A stretch of 64,000 bases of DNA from Balanoglossus misakiensis (taxonomy: Eukaryota > Animalia > Hemichordata). The stretch's first letter is position 1, and each line of letters opens with the position of its first letter. The stretch lies in the NCBI GenBank assembly GCA_040954595.2, contig CM082592.2, positions 1,674,001-1,738,000 on the forward strand, in the 5' to 3' direction. Below, one piece after another: positions 35,171-48,599 of this stretch. The notes below the pieces were generated by a model. It did no database searches. It was not told the DNA's origin and saw only the letters and a program-made list of their open reading frames with translations. A program made the position numbers and the translations under genes.

Positions 35171-36710
35171 TTTTGCTGAGGTAACCATTTAGGTTTCATG
35201 ACTAAGTTTGGTTAAGAATCCATAAAACACACATTTTACACAATGAATGAATTTCCTTAGAATTTCACAGCTGTGCGAGATCTTGCAGTTATACAAAATA
35301 AATGTATTTTTCTGATGGCAATGCATTTGCAAAAATGGCTTCTAAACTTAATGGATTGTCTCTCTTCTACGAATCATCAATTTGGTTTTTAACCAGAACA
35401 TTGCACTGATATGGCCATTTTTGTATTGAAGGAAATTCTGAGTTATTATAAACATCATAACACGCATGTTTTTCTTACTTTTATGAACGCGTTTGACTTT
35501 TCAAGATTTTGTTGTTGAATGGAATGGCTCTATACTGCACCATTCCAGTCTAAAAAAGATGTTAAACAGGACGGAATTTCATCTCTGATTTTTGTCACAG
35601 TGTACTGAGATGATTTCAGTAGGAATTTATCAAAACTTCAGTTCAGATGTCTTTTTGGCAATTACAGGTTGAACCATTTCATTTACGCTGACGATATAGT
35701 TATTTTCTCTACTGGAGCCTACGGTCACCAAATGTTAGTTAATTGCTGGGGTCGTTATGGCAGTATAAACTTGATATATTTCAATGAGTAAATGACTGTA
35801 TTTATGCTAATTCAACCCAGTGTTAGGTAACTTAATACAGCTCTAATTTATTGAAATGATAGATAACCGAGTTTTTTTAATGTCTACAAATATCTTGGTC
35901 ATTTAATATCTTGTAGCCTTAAAGATAATGAAGATATTCAAGGTCAGACTCATTTGTTATATGCTAGGGGTAACGCTATCATTTGTGATTTTAAATTTGA
36001 ATCTTTATCGGTCAAGTGTCTTTTATTTTCTGTTTTTTTTGTAATATTCTGTTCAGTTCTTATTTGTGGTGTAATTTTTCTATGAAAATGTTTTATACCG
36101 CTAGCAATTTCTCTGATATTTCGTAAATTAACAGGTTTCAAATATAGTCATGTTCAAAGTAATACTTTATTGCTTGATAATCTACATGTTTTAACTTTTG
36201 ATGAGATACTTAGGAAAAAGTCATATAGTTTAATAAGCAAGTTTCAAATTTCTAGTACTTTGATCGTGTCTTTTGTACTGTCCAAGTCTATTTTTTTCAA
36301 ATATTTTATTATGGAATGTTTGGTGTCAAAGACTATTTTAACTTGTAGTATTTTTTTCTTCTTACTTTTTTACCTCCTATGGATTATTTTTTATCCGAAA
36401 TAAACATTAACAATAATGTATTTGACTGTAAATAAATATTAACGTCCATTAATAGCGCTATTTTGTCAGTAAAATGGCTTCATCATTATCCCTCCAACCA
36501 AAGTTGAAACAGAGTTAAATATACACTGCTTGAAATCATAAAATGTTGCAAAATTGAACCAAAAGTTTGGACAACAGTCAAGTTCTTATAGCTATTATTA
36601 GAACCAGACAGTCTGGGGGAACAAGAGACATGGGCCTGATTTGCAAGCCGAGTTGGAAATGACTTTGCCTGCCCACGGACCTACCAATTTCAGTGAATCT
36701 TATCGTATTA
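35170..36710. repeat. Left arm of ~0.5-kb inverted repeat (partner 46705-47505), interrupted by a LINE
   Basis: 35170-35329 and 36415-36710 are reverse-complement similar to 47505-46705, for example ttgcaagccgagttggaaatga / tcatttccaactcggcttgcaa. Confidence 0.85.
35330..36414 (+). mobile_element. Old 5'-truncated LINE RT fragment, Proto2-like
   Basis: Degenerate NHQFGF..HCTDMAIFVLKEI..VKQDGISS..NHFIYADD..YKYLGH..DNEDI..LYARGN. TSD aatg(c/t)atttg at 35320-35329 and 36415-36424. Clade assignment is tentative. Confidence 0.7.
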
Positions 36711-39700
36711 AAAATGAATATGGAGAACTGTTCTCTGTGTTTCTATTGTTAGCCTGCATAGCTGCATGCATAGCTGTTGTCATTCTAGTTTTTTTTTCTG
36801 TACACCTAAATTTCCTGGGCGATGAGCATGCTGAATTTATCCGATGCTTCTCACCAGCAGAAGGACCACAAAATGCAGATTTTCATTTCTACGGCACAAG
36901 GGAATTGTATACTTTGCGTTCAAATATAAATCCTATAAATTCTTTATTGAGGATTCAAAAGTATTATGACTGATAGTGTCAGTACCTATATCCCCCAAAA
37001 ACATGCTGTCAGTGTGTGTGTGATTGTGATCAATATCATATTTTCAAAATGTGCAGTGTGCCAGTTCAACACAGTTCGTGAGGATGGTAAAGCATGTGTG
37101 AATTTCAATTCATGATGAAAGTGGGCCATGGCTGCCACTTTAGCACATGATGGCTTACATTAAAATGCGATATATGCACTTGTGACTACATTTATTTGAA
37201 TAACATTAAACCTCTGATATCTACAGAAACAGTACAATTATTGAGGAAAACATGATAAAAATCACTCACATTTTGTGTTTTGAACAAATGGCCACACTGT
37301 TTGGAATATTTTTATCCATTGTTAAGTGATATCAGCCTGTTTTTGGAATCTTGACAATGACATATATTAGGCTTTTCATGCACAGCATGAGGCAAAATGT
37401 CAGAAACAATTAGGTAATAAGATTGCACATAGGAGATAATCCATTTAGCAAGTATTACGAAAAGATAATTTCACTCATATCAGGAGCATAAAATTTTTAA
37501 AACATACACATTGACATGTATACAGACATAGAGAGGTCAATGTGTATACAATTTTCAGTGGGGGGGGGGGGGTGTCCTCCTTAATTGCAAAGAAAAATGT
37601 AAGGGTTATTTCTCTTTTTTATTAAATATTTGTGGTATAAGATGATACATCTAACATAATAAAAAAAATTAAATTGAACTATGTTTTGATTCCATTATAA
37701 TTTTTATGAAGAACATATCTATTACTTACAACTAAAATTTTAAATTTTTCAGTCATGCATGTTCTGAGAAAAAGATTTTTTTATCAACATTCGAAAGCAT
37801 GTCCCCAAAATGCAACAATTTCAGATGACTTTTCATATATCACAGTAAGAATTCCCCGTCAAACTGCAAACAATATTGAAGCAATCACAGAAGCAATCAC
37901 AGAAAATAGCGTCAACGACAGTTGGTGCTCTCTCAGGGTGTAGTGGATGATGAGCAGCATGTTTGGAGAACAGTGGTTTTGTATATGGGTGAAAGGAACA
38001 ATTTCAAGGTGAAATGCTGATTTTTTTGCTCATGTAATATTGAATGCAGCCTGATAAGGTGGGTGCTTGGCAGGGGGCTAGGGGCAAGGGCTCTAATAAC
38101 TGTTTTAAATTTAGTCTTAAAAATGGCCCGCACACACAAATGGCCTCGTTTGTACCCTATGTTATACTGATGAAATTCATTGTGTATTGTTATATCAAAT
38201 TGCACCAGTGCAAGCTATGAGAAATGTTTTTTTGAAAAAAAAACAGTGCAAGTTAAGTAAAAGTAGTAGTCTAAAAGTGAAAGAAATACATTTTGAAAAA
38301 AAATATCAGACAGCATTCAAGATCAGCTGAACTGTTTTGATAAAAAATTCTCCATTTTCAAGTATATAATGTCATGTGCTGACTATAGTAGTGTAGGTGG
38401 TAGCAAAAAAATACATGAATTGTTCAAACAGAAAGTTCAATCATTTAGTTTCCCCAGTTGATGGGAGCGTAGCAGTTGTGAACATAGAATATGAAATGAA
38501 TTAAAATAGTTATTGGCTCTCTGGTCCGTCATTTTCAGTAGAAGTGACCTGATTTCACATCAATAGTTTACCACCCCGTCATTTCCAGCTAATTTCATGT
38601 AGTACAAAACTCCTTTACAACATACTGACATTTCTGGAACTTTTTTTGCTGGTTGGGCCCACAGACTAACACTAGTGGTTCTATAAAGAAAGTTCCATAA
38701 CAACCTGTACACCTGACGCGTTTCAGGTGAAGGCAGACCTAACCCATTCGAAATATGCAAATTAGGAAAAGACGCATATGCATTCTTTGTGTCCCCAGAG
38801 ACACACACAGGAAATCAAGCGAGTGCGACCACTAGCTGGAAGAGCTGAATTCAATGCATTGCCTTGCCATGTTGATGATACAGGGGGTGATGATCAATGA
38901 ACAGAACACCCGTCCGCTTCCATGTGTTGTAGTGCACTGATTATGGCATGTTGATCATGGCAAAACAAACGACAATGTTAGATAGCAGTGCTTTGCAAGT
39001 TTGGCTAATTTGTATGAAAATCGCCTCGCCAAACAACTTTTTTCTCGCATTTGTGATTTGGCGTGGGGGTAGCGAAAAACACTACTGGCTAATCCGTTCC
39101 AATTTCTGTCACTGTTCCAATTCTTCCTCAACACCTCAAAGCTACACACCACCACCAAAAACATAAAGCCACACACCCCTACCAGAAAATGGTATGCATT
39201 CTTGACAGGTTGATGGACGGAAGAAGTAGCTCATACCCAATTCAATAGTCTCCTCGTTACACTTCGGAGCCAAAAAAATGGCAAAGTTTGCCAAAAAATA
39301 AATAAAAAATAGCGTCAAGGACACTGTGGTCCCATTTGATGATTATGCGGAAAGTGACACACCAGAATAAAAATTACAGGTGACATTGCAAGCAGATATG
39401 ATCTTACGATATAGAAATATGGAATGTAAAAAAATTAACAAGGAACATGCCCAATAAACTGTCATGTGTCATGGCAGTCTTACACTACAACAATTGGCTA
39501 AAAGCAGATTTAAAAAGTAAAGTTAAGTAAAGTTTGAACATTTGATTTAAAAACAGATAAGTTTGGTGCCTGAATTTGGTGCCTGTATCAGAATCGAATA
39601 AAAGTTGCACATATACATGTATGTGTTATGAAACTTTATCCTAAATTTCAAAGCAATCAGAAAAAAAAAAAATTTCAAAGCAATCCAACAAGCAGTTTCA

Positions 39701-39978
39701 GAGAAAATATTTGTTCAAAAGTGGCAAAAACACAAATATGCAAATATCACCAACATTGTACAATATCTTACTTCAATCACTACAAGGAACATGCTGCCAG
39801 AGTTCAATGCAATATGACAAGCGGTTTCAGAGAAAACAATTTTTGCAAAAATTGCAAAAGTTTCCCCGATAACACATTTATGAAAATATCACATTTTTTA
39901 CAACATATTACTTAGGTTACCCCTACGAACATGCCTACCAAATTGCAAAGCAATCTGGCATGCGGTTTTAAAGAAAAA

Positions 39979-40989
39979 ATATAGCTGCAAGCAGCAATAG
40001 CGGGCCCAAGCCAACATAGCACATAGCAATAAGCATATCTGCACTGGATGCCAAGATATGGAAAAGTAGGTCAAAGGTCACCTGAGGTCATGCAAAATTT
40101 GGGCAAGAAATTTTGACCCTATACTGGTCCATGTTCAACAAAAACCAAACCTATAGCCCTATTGGTTAGCCTGGAATTAGGTATGCACATAATTAATGAG
40201 ATATGCAGGTGTCACAGGTGACCCATATTTTGGCTTTTCAATTTTAGTCCCAACCCTCCAAACGCCAAGTCTGTACCTGCTCTGGATGCCAAGATATAGG
40301 AAAGTAGGTCAAAGGTCACCTGAGGTCACCCACAATTTGGGCAAGAAATTTTGACCCAATACTGGTCCATGTCCCACAAGAACGAAACCTCTAGCCCTAT
40401 TAGTTAGCACGGAATTAGGTATGCACATAATTAATGTGTTAAGCAGGTGTTACAGGTGAGCCCAAAAATTTGCCTTTTATTTTGGCCCCATTGTGTTCAC
40501 TGACCAATAGACAGTCACTGTACAGGACTATTGCACAGACCAGAATTCCACAATAAGACGTGGACATAGCTTAACCATAGAGGTATAAGTAAAGGTATAA
40601 ATTTAATAAAAAGACTAAAAAATTCATAAAAAATAAAACATCCATGATATTAACTTAACATTCGATGTGAGGTTGGCATAAGGTACATTAATACTAATTT
40701 TTAAAGCAATCTGACCAGTAGTTGTTGACTTTCAGAGTTTTGATAAATTTCACATTTTACTGGCTAAGTTGCATATTTTTGGGCCTGGCAACTTCGTTTG
40801 AACAAACTCCCATCTACAGCCCTGCCTGCATCTGCACACCAAATATCAAGGTGATACGCGCAGCGGTTTTCAAGTTTTTGATGTGGACGGACATACAGAC
40901 ATACATACATCCATACATACATACATACAGACGCAACCGATCCCATAAGGTCCCATGGTATATAGGCCTATACCAATGGGACCTAAAAA
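39979..40989 (+). mobile_element. Helentron-associated HINE with internal 238-bp tandem units
   Basis: Starts atatagctgcaagcagc. Tandem units at 40044 and 40282, a (CATA)n microsatellite, and 3' hairpin ggtccca..tgggacc followed by taaaaa. Inserted in an A-run inside an older related repeat (39310-39975). Confidence 0.7.
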
Positions 40990-41734
40990 TGAAAATAATC
41001 TGTATAAGGTCTCAATAAAATACAATGTACACACCAATTTCTAAAGCAATCTGACCAGCACCTTCTTGTGTTTCTGGGTTTTGACCAATTTAACTTGGGT
41101 CCCAATGGTATACGAAATGGGACCCATAGAGTAAAAACACATATTAAAGATTTTACGACTACATCCTCACAAGCTGCCAAATTTTACAAATCTCTTTCTT
41201 CGATAAAATATTTCCCACTGAGCCATATTGCTTGTATGTGCATGGGTTTCATTTTTTTGTCATCTCTTGCCGATGCATACCACAATAGCTGTGTACCCTT
41301 CATATGAGGGTTGATTAATATCTAACTTACTAACATACAGCCACATTCATTTGTCCATAACATGTTCATGTATATCTATCAGTAAGCCTATTTAGATGGA
41401 TAAATCTAAGATCGAAAGTTAAACCATGAAAATAATAAATAATTGGCAACTTTGAGCATGAGTCTAAAGATATAATGATGACATTAAGGTTTTATTGAAA
41501 TAACATGAGAACCTCTCTACTATTTGAAGCACTAAAGTTTAAAATGAAAAACTTCCTTCTTTCCCTCAAAGTTTTTTTAAGAATATGTTCTACTCTGGGA
41601 CTAAAATTCTCAACCCCTTTACCAAATGTCAGGGACCAGATTTCTGTTTAAGCAAAATTTCAAATGACCTTGGGGTGACTTTTTATCTACTTTCCCATAT
41701 TGGGTAGTATGAAACACCGAATGGCTTACCAGAA

Positions 41735-42912
41735 GGGTTAGAGATACAGTGTTTCATATTAACATGAATTAACATGAAACTAGAATTTGATGGTTAATTT
41801 AGGACTGCCTTGATCTATGGTAACATCATTAAATATGTGCATATATAATTCTAAGCTATCCAGTTGAGGTAGATCCCTAAACGTGGACAACTTTGGGGTC
41901 CAAATTTGATGACAAAATTTTGGGTGATCTGGGTAAACTTTGACATACATTCCTATATCTTGGCATCCAAAGCTGATACATCCTTGACATTTGGAGTGAT
42001 GGAACTATGTAATGGAGTATTATGTCTCTTTTAGTCACAGTGCTTTTGCTGTGTTTTATATGTCTTTTATTCAGCGACATTACATGTTTTTCTTCATACC
42101 ACTATGGCTATGTTTGCCAGTACTTTTTCGCTGGTCACACAATGTGTTCTCAAAATACTATGCAATCTTTATGAAGCATATACAGCAGACAAAGTTGTGG
42201 TAAGACTGAACTTGCCCTTCTTTGTAATTAAAGCATGACTGGCCTGTCTTAGGTGGCCCCTACCTAGAGGCTTTACCCGTCATTGGCTCACAGTCTGAGA
42301 AATCAGCTCTGCAGGGAAGTTAACGATGTAACCCACCATTCAAGCTATTTCCGCTTTCTTTTTATTTGAAACCTGGCTGAGGCCTTCTTAGGATCTACCC
42401 AACGCTGAGTAGGCTATCCCGTCATTGGCACACAGACTCAGGGAAGGGAAGTAAAAAGTTCAGCCTACCATTTAAGCCTTTATATTTTCCATTCTTTTGT
42501 AAGTGAAGCATGGCTGCTGTAGGAAAATGCTGATCTCAAATTCAGTATGTCAAACAAACGCCAGACTTTCAGCCATTTTGGTTAGCCTGGCATTAGTGCA
42601 CAAAATTAATGAAGTAAGACATAATAGTCCATTACATAGTTCCATCAGTCCAAGTGTCACGGATGTATCTGCTCAGGATACATAAATGTAGGAATGTAGG
42701 GCAAAGTTTACTCAAGATTACCCAAAAGTGTGTCAAAAGATTTTGACCCCAAAGTTGGCCATGTCCAGGTTTCTACCTACAATGAATAGCCTACAATTAA
42801 ATATGCACACATTTAATGAGGTCACCATAGATCAAGGGAGTCCTAAATTAACCATCAAATTCTAGTTTCATATTAATGCATGTTAATATAAAACACTGTA
42901 TCTCTAACCCTA
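41735..42912. repeat. Fold-back: ~300-bp imperfect inverted arms 41735-42030 and 42617-42912
   Basis: gggttagagatacagtgttt..gaaactagaatttgatggttaatttaggact pairs with agtcctaaattaaccatcaaattctagtttc..aaacactgtatctctaaccc. Arms include the unit seen at 40044/40282. Confidence 0.8.
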
Positions 42913-43579
42913 CTGGTGAGCCTAAAATTTGGTACATATTCACGTGGAAGTTTTTGACAAGATAGTTAAGTTGTAAGATATGTACATGAACAATTGACTT
43001 AAAATAACATAAAGGCATAATTAATACTGATTGGCAATAGATACTAATAACAACAGTGATGTTAATTACACTGGGAATATTTATCTTATTATAGCTAATC
43101 GACTGATTGATGTAATGTAATGTAATGAAAGTGGCTATTTGTGATTCACCATCACAGTGCTATGCATGTCTATGGTACATTGTTTTTCCAATGATTAAAC
43201 AAAGGATATGTGTAATTAAGGCTGGTAGCATTTTCAATGTTATAAGCCCTGCCTTCACTATAATCTATTTTTTTTATCTTGCAATGAATTACACTGTTCA
43301 GTTTATGTGATTGACTTCAAAGGGACACTAGTTACATCACAATTCCCAGCTAGGGGTTCCAGTTTATGGCCAATGGTATGCATGACTCTAGGTGTTAGTT
43401 TTGGAAGCAAAGCAGACAGACATAGACTAGGTAGTTCTGAATGTGACCATGGACATGGACCACAGACTCTGTATTGTATGTTTGTGAAGAATCTCATTTT
43501 ATCCCAAACATCAACATATTTCAAAGTTGCCAGAAGTAGAACATACAGGATTTACCAGTAAATATCGGTAAGGTTATAA

Positions 43580-44160
43580 CACACTGTGGACCCATCTGGG
43601 GATTACGCAAAATCAGGTGTGTACTAGGAAAAAAAATCACAAGTGACATTGGCAAGCAGATATGACCTACTGTAATAACATTTCAAAGGAATCTGACAAG
43701 TGTTTTCAGCGAAAACAATATTTGTTCAACAATGACAAAAACTGCCTCAAACCACAAAAATTCAAATATCAACTAATTGTACAATATCATACTTCAATCA
43801 CCACAAGGAACATGCCAACCAAAGTTGGAATCAATCTGACAAGTGGTTTCAAAGAATATAAATTGCAAAAATTGCCTCAAGACCACAAATGTACAAATTT
43901 GATTTCACCAAAATGATGCAACATTACGAGGGTTACCACTTTACCACTTGGAACAAGAATACCAAAATTTAAAAGCAATCTGACGAGGAGTCTCAGAGAA
44001 ACTGATTTTTGACCAAAAATGGCAAAAATCGTGCAAGGACATAGTGGTCCCATTGAGGGATTACATAAGAAAAAGTCTACACTGGAGTACATGGCCATAT
44101 ACAGACAGACACACACACATAGCGAGAGATCAATGGGCAAGCACTGACTAACCCATAAGC
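43580..44160 (+). repeat. HINE-like repeat related to 39310-39975 and 27113-27237
   Basis: Shared blocks gtgacatt(g)gcaagcagatatga, aagcaatctgac and caaggaca..gtggtcccattgag..gcgagagatcaatgggcaa. Confidence 0.65.
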
Positions 44161-45601
44161 TGCCAATGACATATGTACTGTACATTTACTAAATAGAACA
44201 GCTGGCCTCTTCAAAACGTAGCCAGTTATGCAATCATTCAGGAATTTGCTAAATTATTTACCAACAATTCTTTTACCTGCCCATGCCAAGTTCACACTTT
44301 TTTTCAGTGCAGAACTTCTACCAAGAGCTCTAATTACCGTTTTAAATTTAGTATTAAAAATGGCCCCACAGACATAAATGGCCTCACACAATACATTTTG
44401 TCATTTCCCTGGGCTGACCAAATTCAGAATTTTAGTTTCAGATCTATAATTTTTAGAAAATGGTTACTGATTAGTTCAAAAACATCCTAAGACATCTTAG
44501 ATTTTGTATCCTGTGTTATACTGCTATATTGGTGATGCAATTCACTGTATTGTTATATCAACTCGCACCAGTAGTGCAATGTATGAGAAATACATGTTAA
44601 AAAAAAAAAAAATTAAGTGCACCAGTAGAAGCTATGAGAGAAATTTCCAACAGGCGATAATAACTAAATGTCCAAGTATTGTTTGACCATGGCAGTACAA
44701 TGTAACACATGCAACTGTTCATTGTACTTACACCAACTCTGAATAAAAGCTCAAAAAACTCACAAAAACATTAAACACTCTTCCAAATTATTACAGTAGA
44801 CTGTTCTTGAGAGACTAATGCATCATTTCATCTCAATAATAGAAGTGGATGTCAACAATTGAACACTTTTATGAGCGATTTCAAAGAGCGACAAAAATTT
44901 ACCAACCTACTCATAGCAGCCAAGTTTAGCAAAGAGAAGGGTTGTACCTCTTTGCTTCATAAGGGCGCTGTACACCTGGTCAAGGTTCACATTATGCAAA
45001 TACGTACTGGACAGTCATTGGAAGAACAGCATCGTCCATAAACTATCAGAAAACTATCAATGTATCAGAAAATCACAAAATCCGGATCACATAAACAGAC
45101 AGTTCAATCATATACTTTCCCCAGTTAATGGGAGCATAGCAGTTGTAAACATAGTATTTGAAATAAATAAAAATAGTCACTGCTCTCTGGTTCATCATGG
45201 AGGTAGTAGACTCCTGACAGTGTTATTGTCTTTCCTTTCCCACTTCGATGGCACACTGAGTACAAACTTCCTTCTAAATTTTTGTAAACTCAAACTTTTA
45301 TAAGACTCATGTTTATTCTATCAGACAAACTTCAGAAGAACAATAATCAACATAAGTATGAACAAAGCTGTAATTTATGCAAATGTAACCGAGCTATATT
45401 TAGACACGCTTAAAGCCTCAGTATTTCTCGTAGGGGCAAAATTTTGTTTGAAATGGCATCTATAATTTCTAAAAGTAGATGATAATTGATACTGAATCGA
45501 ACAGTCATCATCCCCAGCTCTGCTCATAAACTCATACAATTTACAATATAACGAGTGAAGAATGACTTTCTGTCCGGACAGAAAGTCAGGCTTTGTTGAC
45601 A

Positions 45602-45626
45602 CACGTGACTAGTGCGCATGCGCACT
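45602..45626. promoter_or_regulatory. E-box plus perfect NRF1-type palindrome
   Basis: cacgtgac at 45602-45609 and agtgcgcatgcgcact at 45611-45626 (TGCGCATGCGCA consensus) in a CpG-richer patch. Function not shown. Confidence 0.4.
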
Positions 45627-46704
45627 CAAATGTGAATCTACAAGAGGTTTAGTCGCCCCAAATCTAACGACTCAGCGAAGAAATGCGCACTAATTCGGCG
45701 AAATTTTGGGAAGATAACTTTATGGGAGAAATCAGTCGATGGAACCAGATCAAATCCAAAAATGGTCTGACCATCAAATGTCAAAGTGGCACGTTTGCTG
45801 ATCGACATGTACAACATTTCCGTTGTAAACAAACCCGCGCATCATTTCAAGAGTTACGGGCAATATTTACAGCTTGCACGTAGCTACAGTTGCCCAAACC
45901 TTTTTTCTATCTTCATTATGTAGTATTCCATGATGAATGTACGGGAAAAACGGGCATTTTTCGATGATGACAAATGGATACACATGAGAAATACTGGGGC
46001 TTTAAGCAGTTAGCATGGCCTGGGCACTGTGGAGGGGTCAGGTCGGGTTCACCAATGCGTGCGTATTGGCTGCTCCTAATTTACATATCAATCACTGAGT
46101 CAGTAGTTCAATGAAATTTAGTTTCGCATGCATTTTTGAATCACGTAACACTGCTAGTGCGTTGACGGCCGATTATATCTTCGATAAAAAAAAAATCTTT
46201 CTTTCTAAATATTTTTGTACAATAGAATAATGATTTTACAGTATGTTTTAAAGATTTATTTGTGTATATTCACCAGCCCAATTGGGCTGACAAGACGTGA
46301 AAATTCAGAGAAGCAAATTTTGAAAATGTAAAATTAATATCAATCACATGAAAACTTACAGCATTCTTACATTTGGAAATTTAGGTATTGTAATTAACAC
46401 TAACACTACAGTTATGAAACTTTTAATTGTCAATAAAATCATATGGCATAATTTAATTGGGTTTCTATTTATATGCGATGTGAAAATACAACTGGTGATC
46501 CTTTGGCCAGTAAGAGGCATCAGATCAATTTGACCGACCCAGTTGCCCAGTGGATTAGGTCTTTGCACTGTAAGAAACGCCGGTTTTGGTGACTAAATTC
46601 CCATTCACAGGATACGAAATAAACCGGAATCACTCAAGGTACATATAATGATGTATGCAGGCTAACAATCAGAATACAGAGGATAGTTCTCCATATTCAT
46701 ATTT

Positions 46705-47505
46705 AAATACAATAAGATTCACTGAAATTGGTAGGTCCGTGGGCAGGAAAAATCATTTCCAACTCGGCTTGCAAATCAGGTTCATGTCTCTTGTTCCCTG
46801 AGACAGTCTGGTTCTAATAATAGCTGTAAGAACGTGATTGTTGACTGAACTGTTGGCTCAATTTTGCAACATTTTACAATTTCAAGCTGTGCATATTTAA
46901 CTCTGTTCCAACTTTAGTTGGGGGATAATGTAGTCTCGGTTACCTAGACCCCCTGCTTCTTCCGTTGGGCACTCCAGAAAAGAATGTCTGGGGGAAACCC
47001 CATAGAAAACTCTCCAGGCAAACGACTTGAGACAAAAGCGATGCATGATGGTTGCAGCCTCTAACATAAAAAAACATGCTGAGAAGTGCTAGACCTGCTA
47101 AAACTGTCTACAAATTGAAAAGAGAGAGAGAAGTTTGGTAAATAGTTTTCTAATATTGTCATATCATAATATCATATGTCATAAATGTCGACCATCATGC
47201 ATCGCATTTGTCTCAAGTCGGCCATCTTTGCCCGGAGAGTTTTCTATGGGTTTCCCCAGACCCTCTTTCTGGAGTGCCCAACAGAAGCAGCAGGGGGGTC
47301 TGGGTAACCGAGACTAGGGATAATGATGAAGCCATTTCACTGACAAAATAGCGCTACAAATGGATGACAATATTTGTTTACAGTCAAATACATTGCCATC
47401 AGAAAAATGCATACGGAAAATTATGCAATCTCTCCCACAGTTTGGAATTCTAAGCAAATTCATTTATTTGGTAGAATTCGTGTTTTAAATGGTTACCTCA
47501 GAGTA
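46705..47505. repeat. Right arm of ~0.5-kb inverted repeat (partner 35170-36710), interrupted by a MITE
   Basis: See left arm. Contains the empty site cagtcaaatacattgcc for the Proto2-like LINE. Confidence 0.85.
46931..47316. mobile_element. AcademH-type MITE with 9-bp TSD
   Basis: Termini tagtctcggttacc / ggtaaccgagacta, ~120-bp TIRs, TSD gggataatg at 46922-46930 and 47317-47325. TAG..CTA ends with 9-bp TSD match the AcademH description. Confidence 0.8.
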
Positions 47506-48599
47506 ACTGTAAAATTTGATCATCCCTTACTTGAAATGACCCACAAATTATACGGCAAAACTTCATAAAGCATAAATAATACTCACTGAAACGCCATGCA
47601 ACCCAAGTTTGCAGGCCATCTCCACAGCATGATTGGATCCCAAGCACATACACAAATCAAATCACATAATGTTGTGAGTTCCTTTCACTGAATACACACA
47701 TGGAGGTTCGACTTCTGGGATATAACTGTCTTGAATTAATGTGTAAGTATTTCCATACAAATCCATACGATTACCTGGATGAACACAAGTTAATTCAAAA
47801 TAAATACATTAGAATAATGACCCGGACAGAATCAACACTGACTTAGTTTACACATATTTTTACAAAGTAGCATCAGCCCCGGCCGGGTGAAGAGTTCACA
47901 TGAGAAATTAAATATTATTCCGATTATTTCTAATTCCGTCTTCAACCGCACGTAGGTACACATTTCCATTATTAACTGTAGTCATAACTCTGTTTTCGCA
48001 ACATTGATGCCGGCGTCTGTGGATATTTCTACAGTCAAAAACCATTACAGTATCGCGATTACACACATTAATAAACATCGTGAACGCCTCCCGCCCGGGT
48101 CTGTTTCAAAGTCAAACCGCGTGCGGAGTAAATGTTGATAAATATGGTCGTTTTTTGCGAAGACAATATTTAAAAGACCAGTTTTCTGAGAGGCACCTGC
48201 CAACTATGCTTAATACCTCGTATACACGGACACAATATTGTTAAAAATTACCCACCTTTGAAATTTTTGTAGCTGTTCGTACATCGACCAAGCAAAATCC
48301 ATCGCGTGAGTTCTAGAATCGAACCTCATGACGTCACACTGACCTTTGCCCATATATCCTCGTTCATAACGTATGTTTATTTTGAGGAAGAAGTCGGCCG
48401 GCCAGCCACAACTTTTTATCAACTAATCAGGGCAGTTGTAAGGTTTTGATACAAATGACGTCTGTCGCGTGTTCAAGTCACATAATAACCTGTCAAACTA
48501 AGTTGTCGACCGATGACATGCATGCAGCACCGGACATCACGTGAATAAGCCAAAACTGGCTGTCGGGCGTCGTGGAACAACAAAGTGTATAAATATTAT

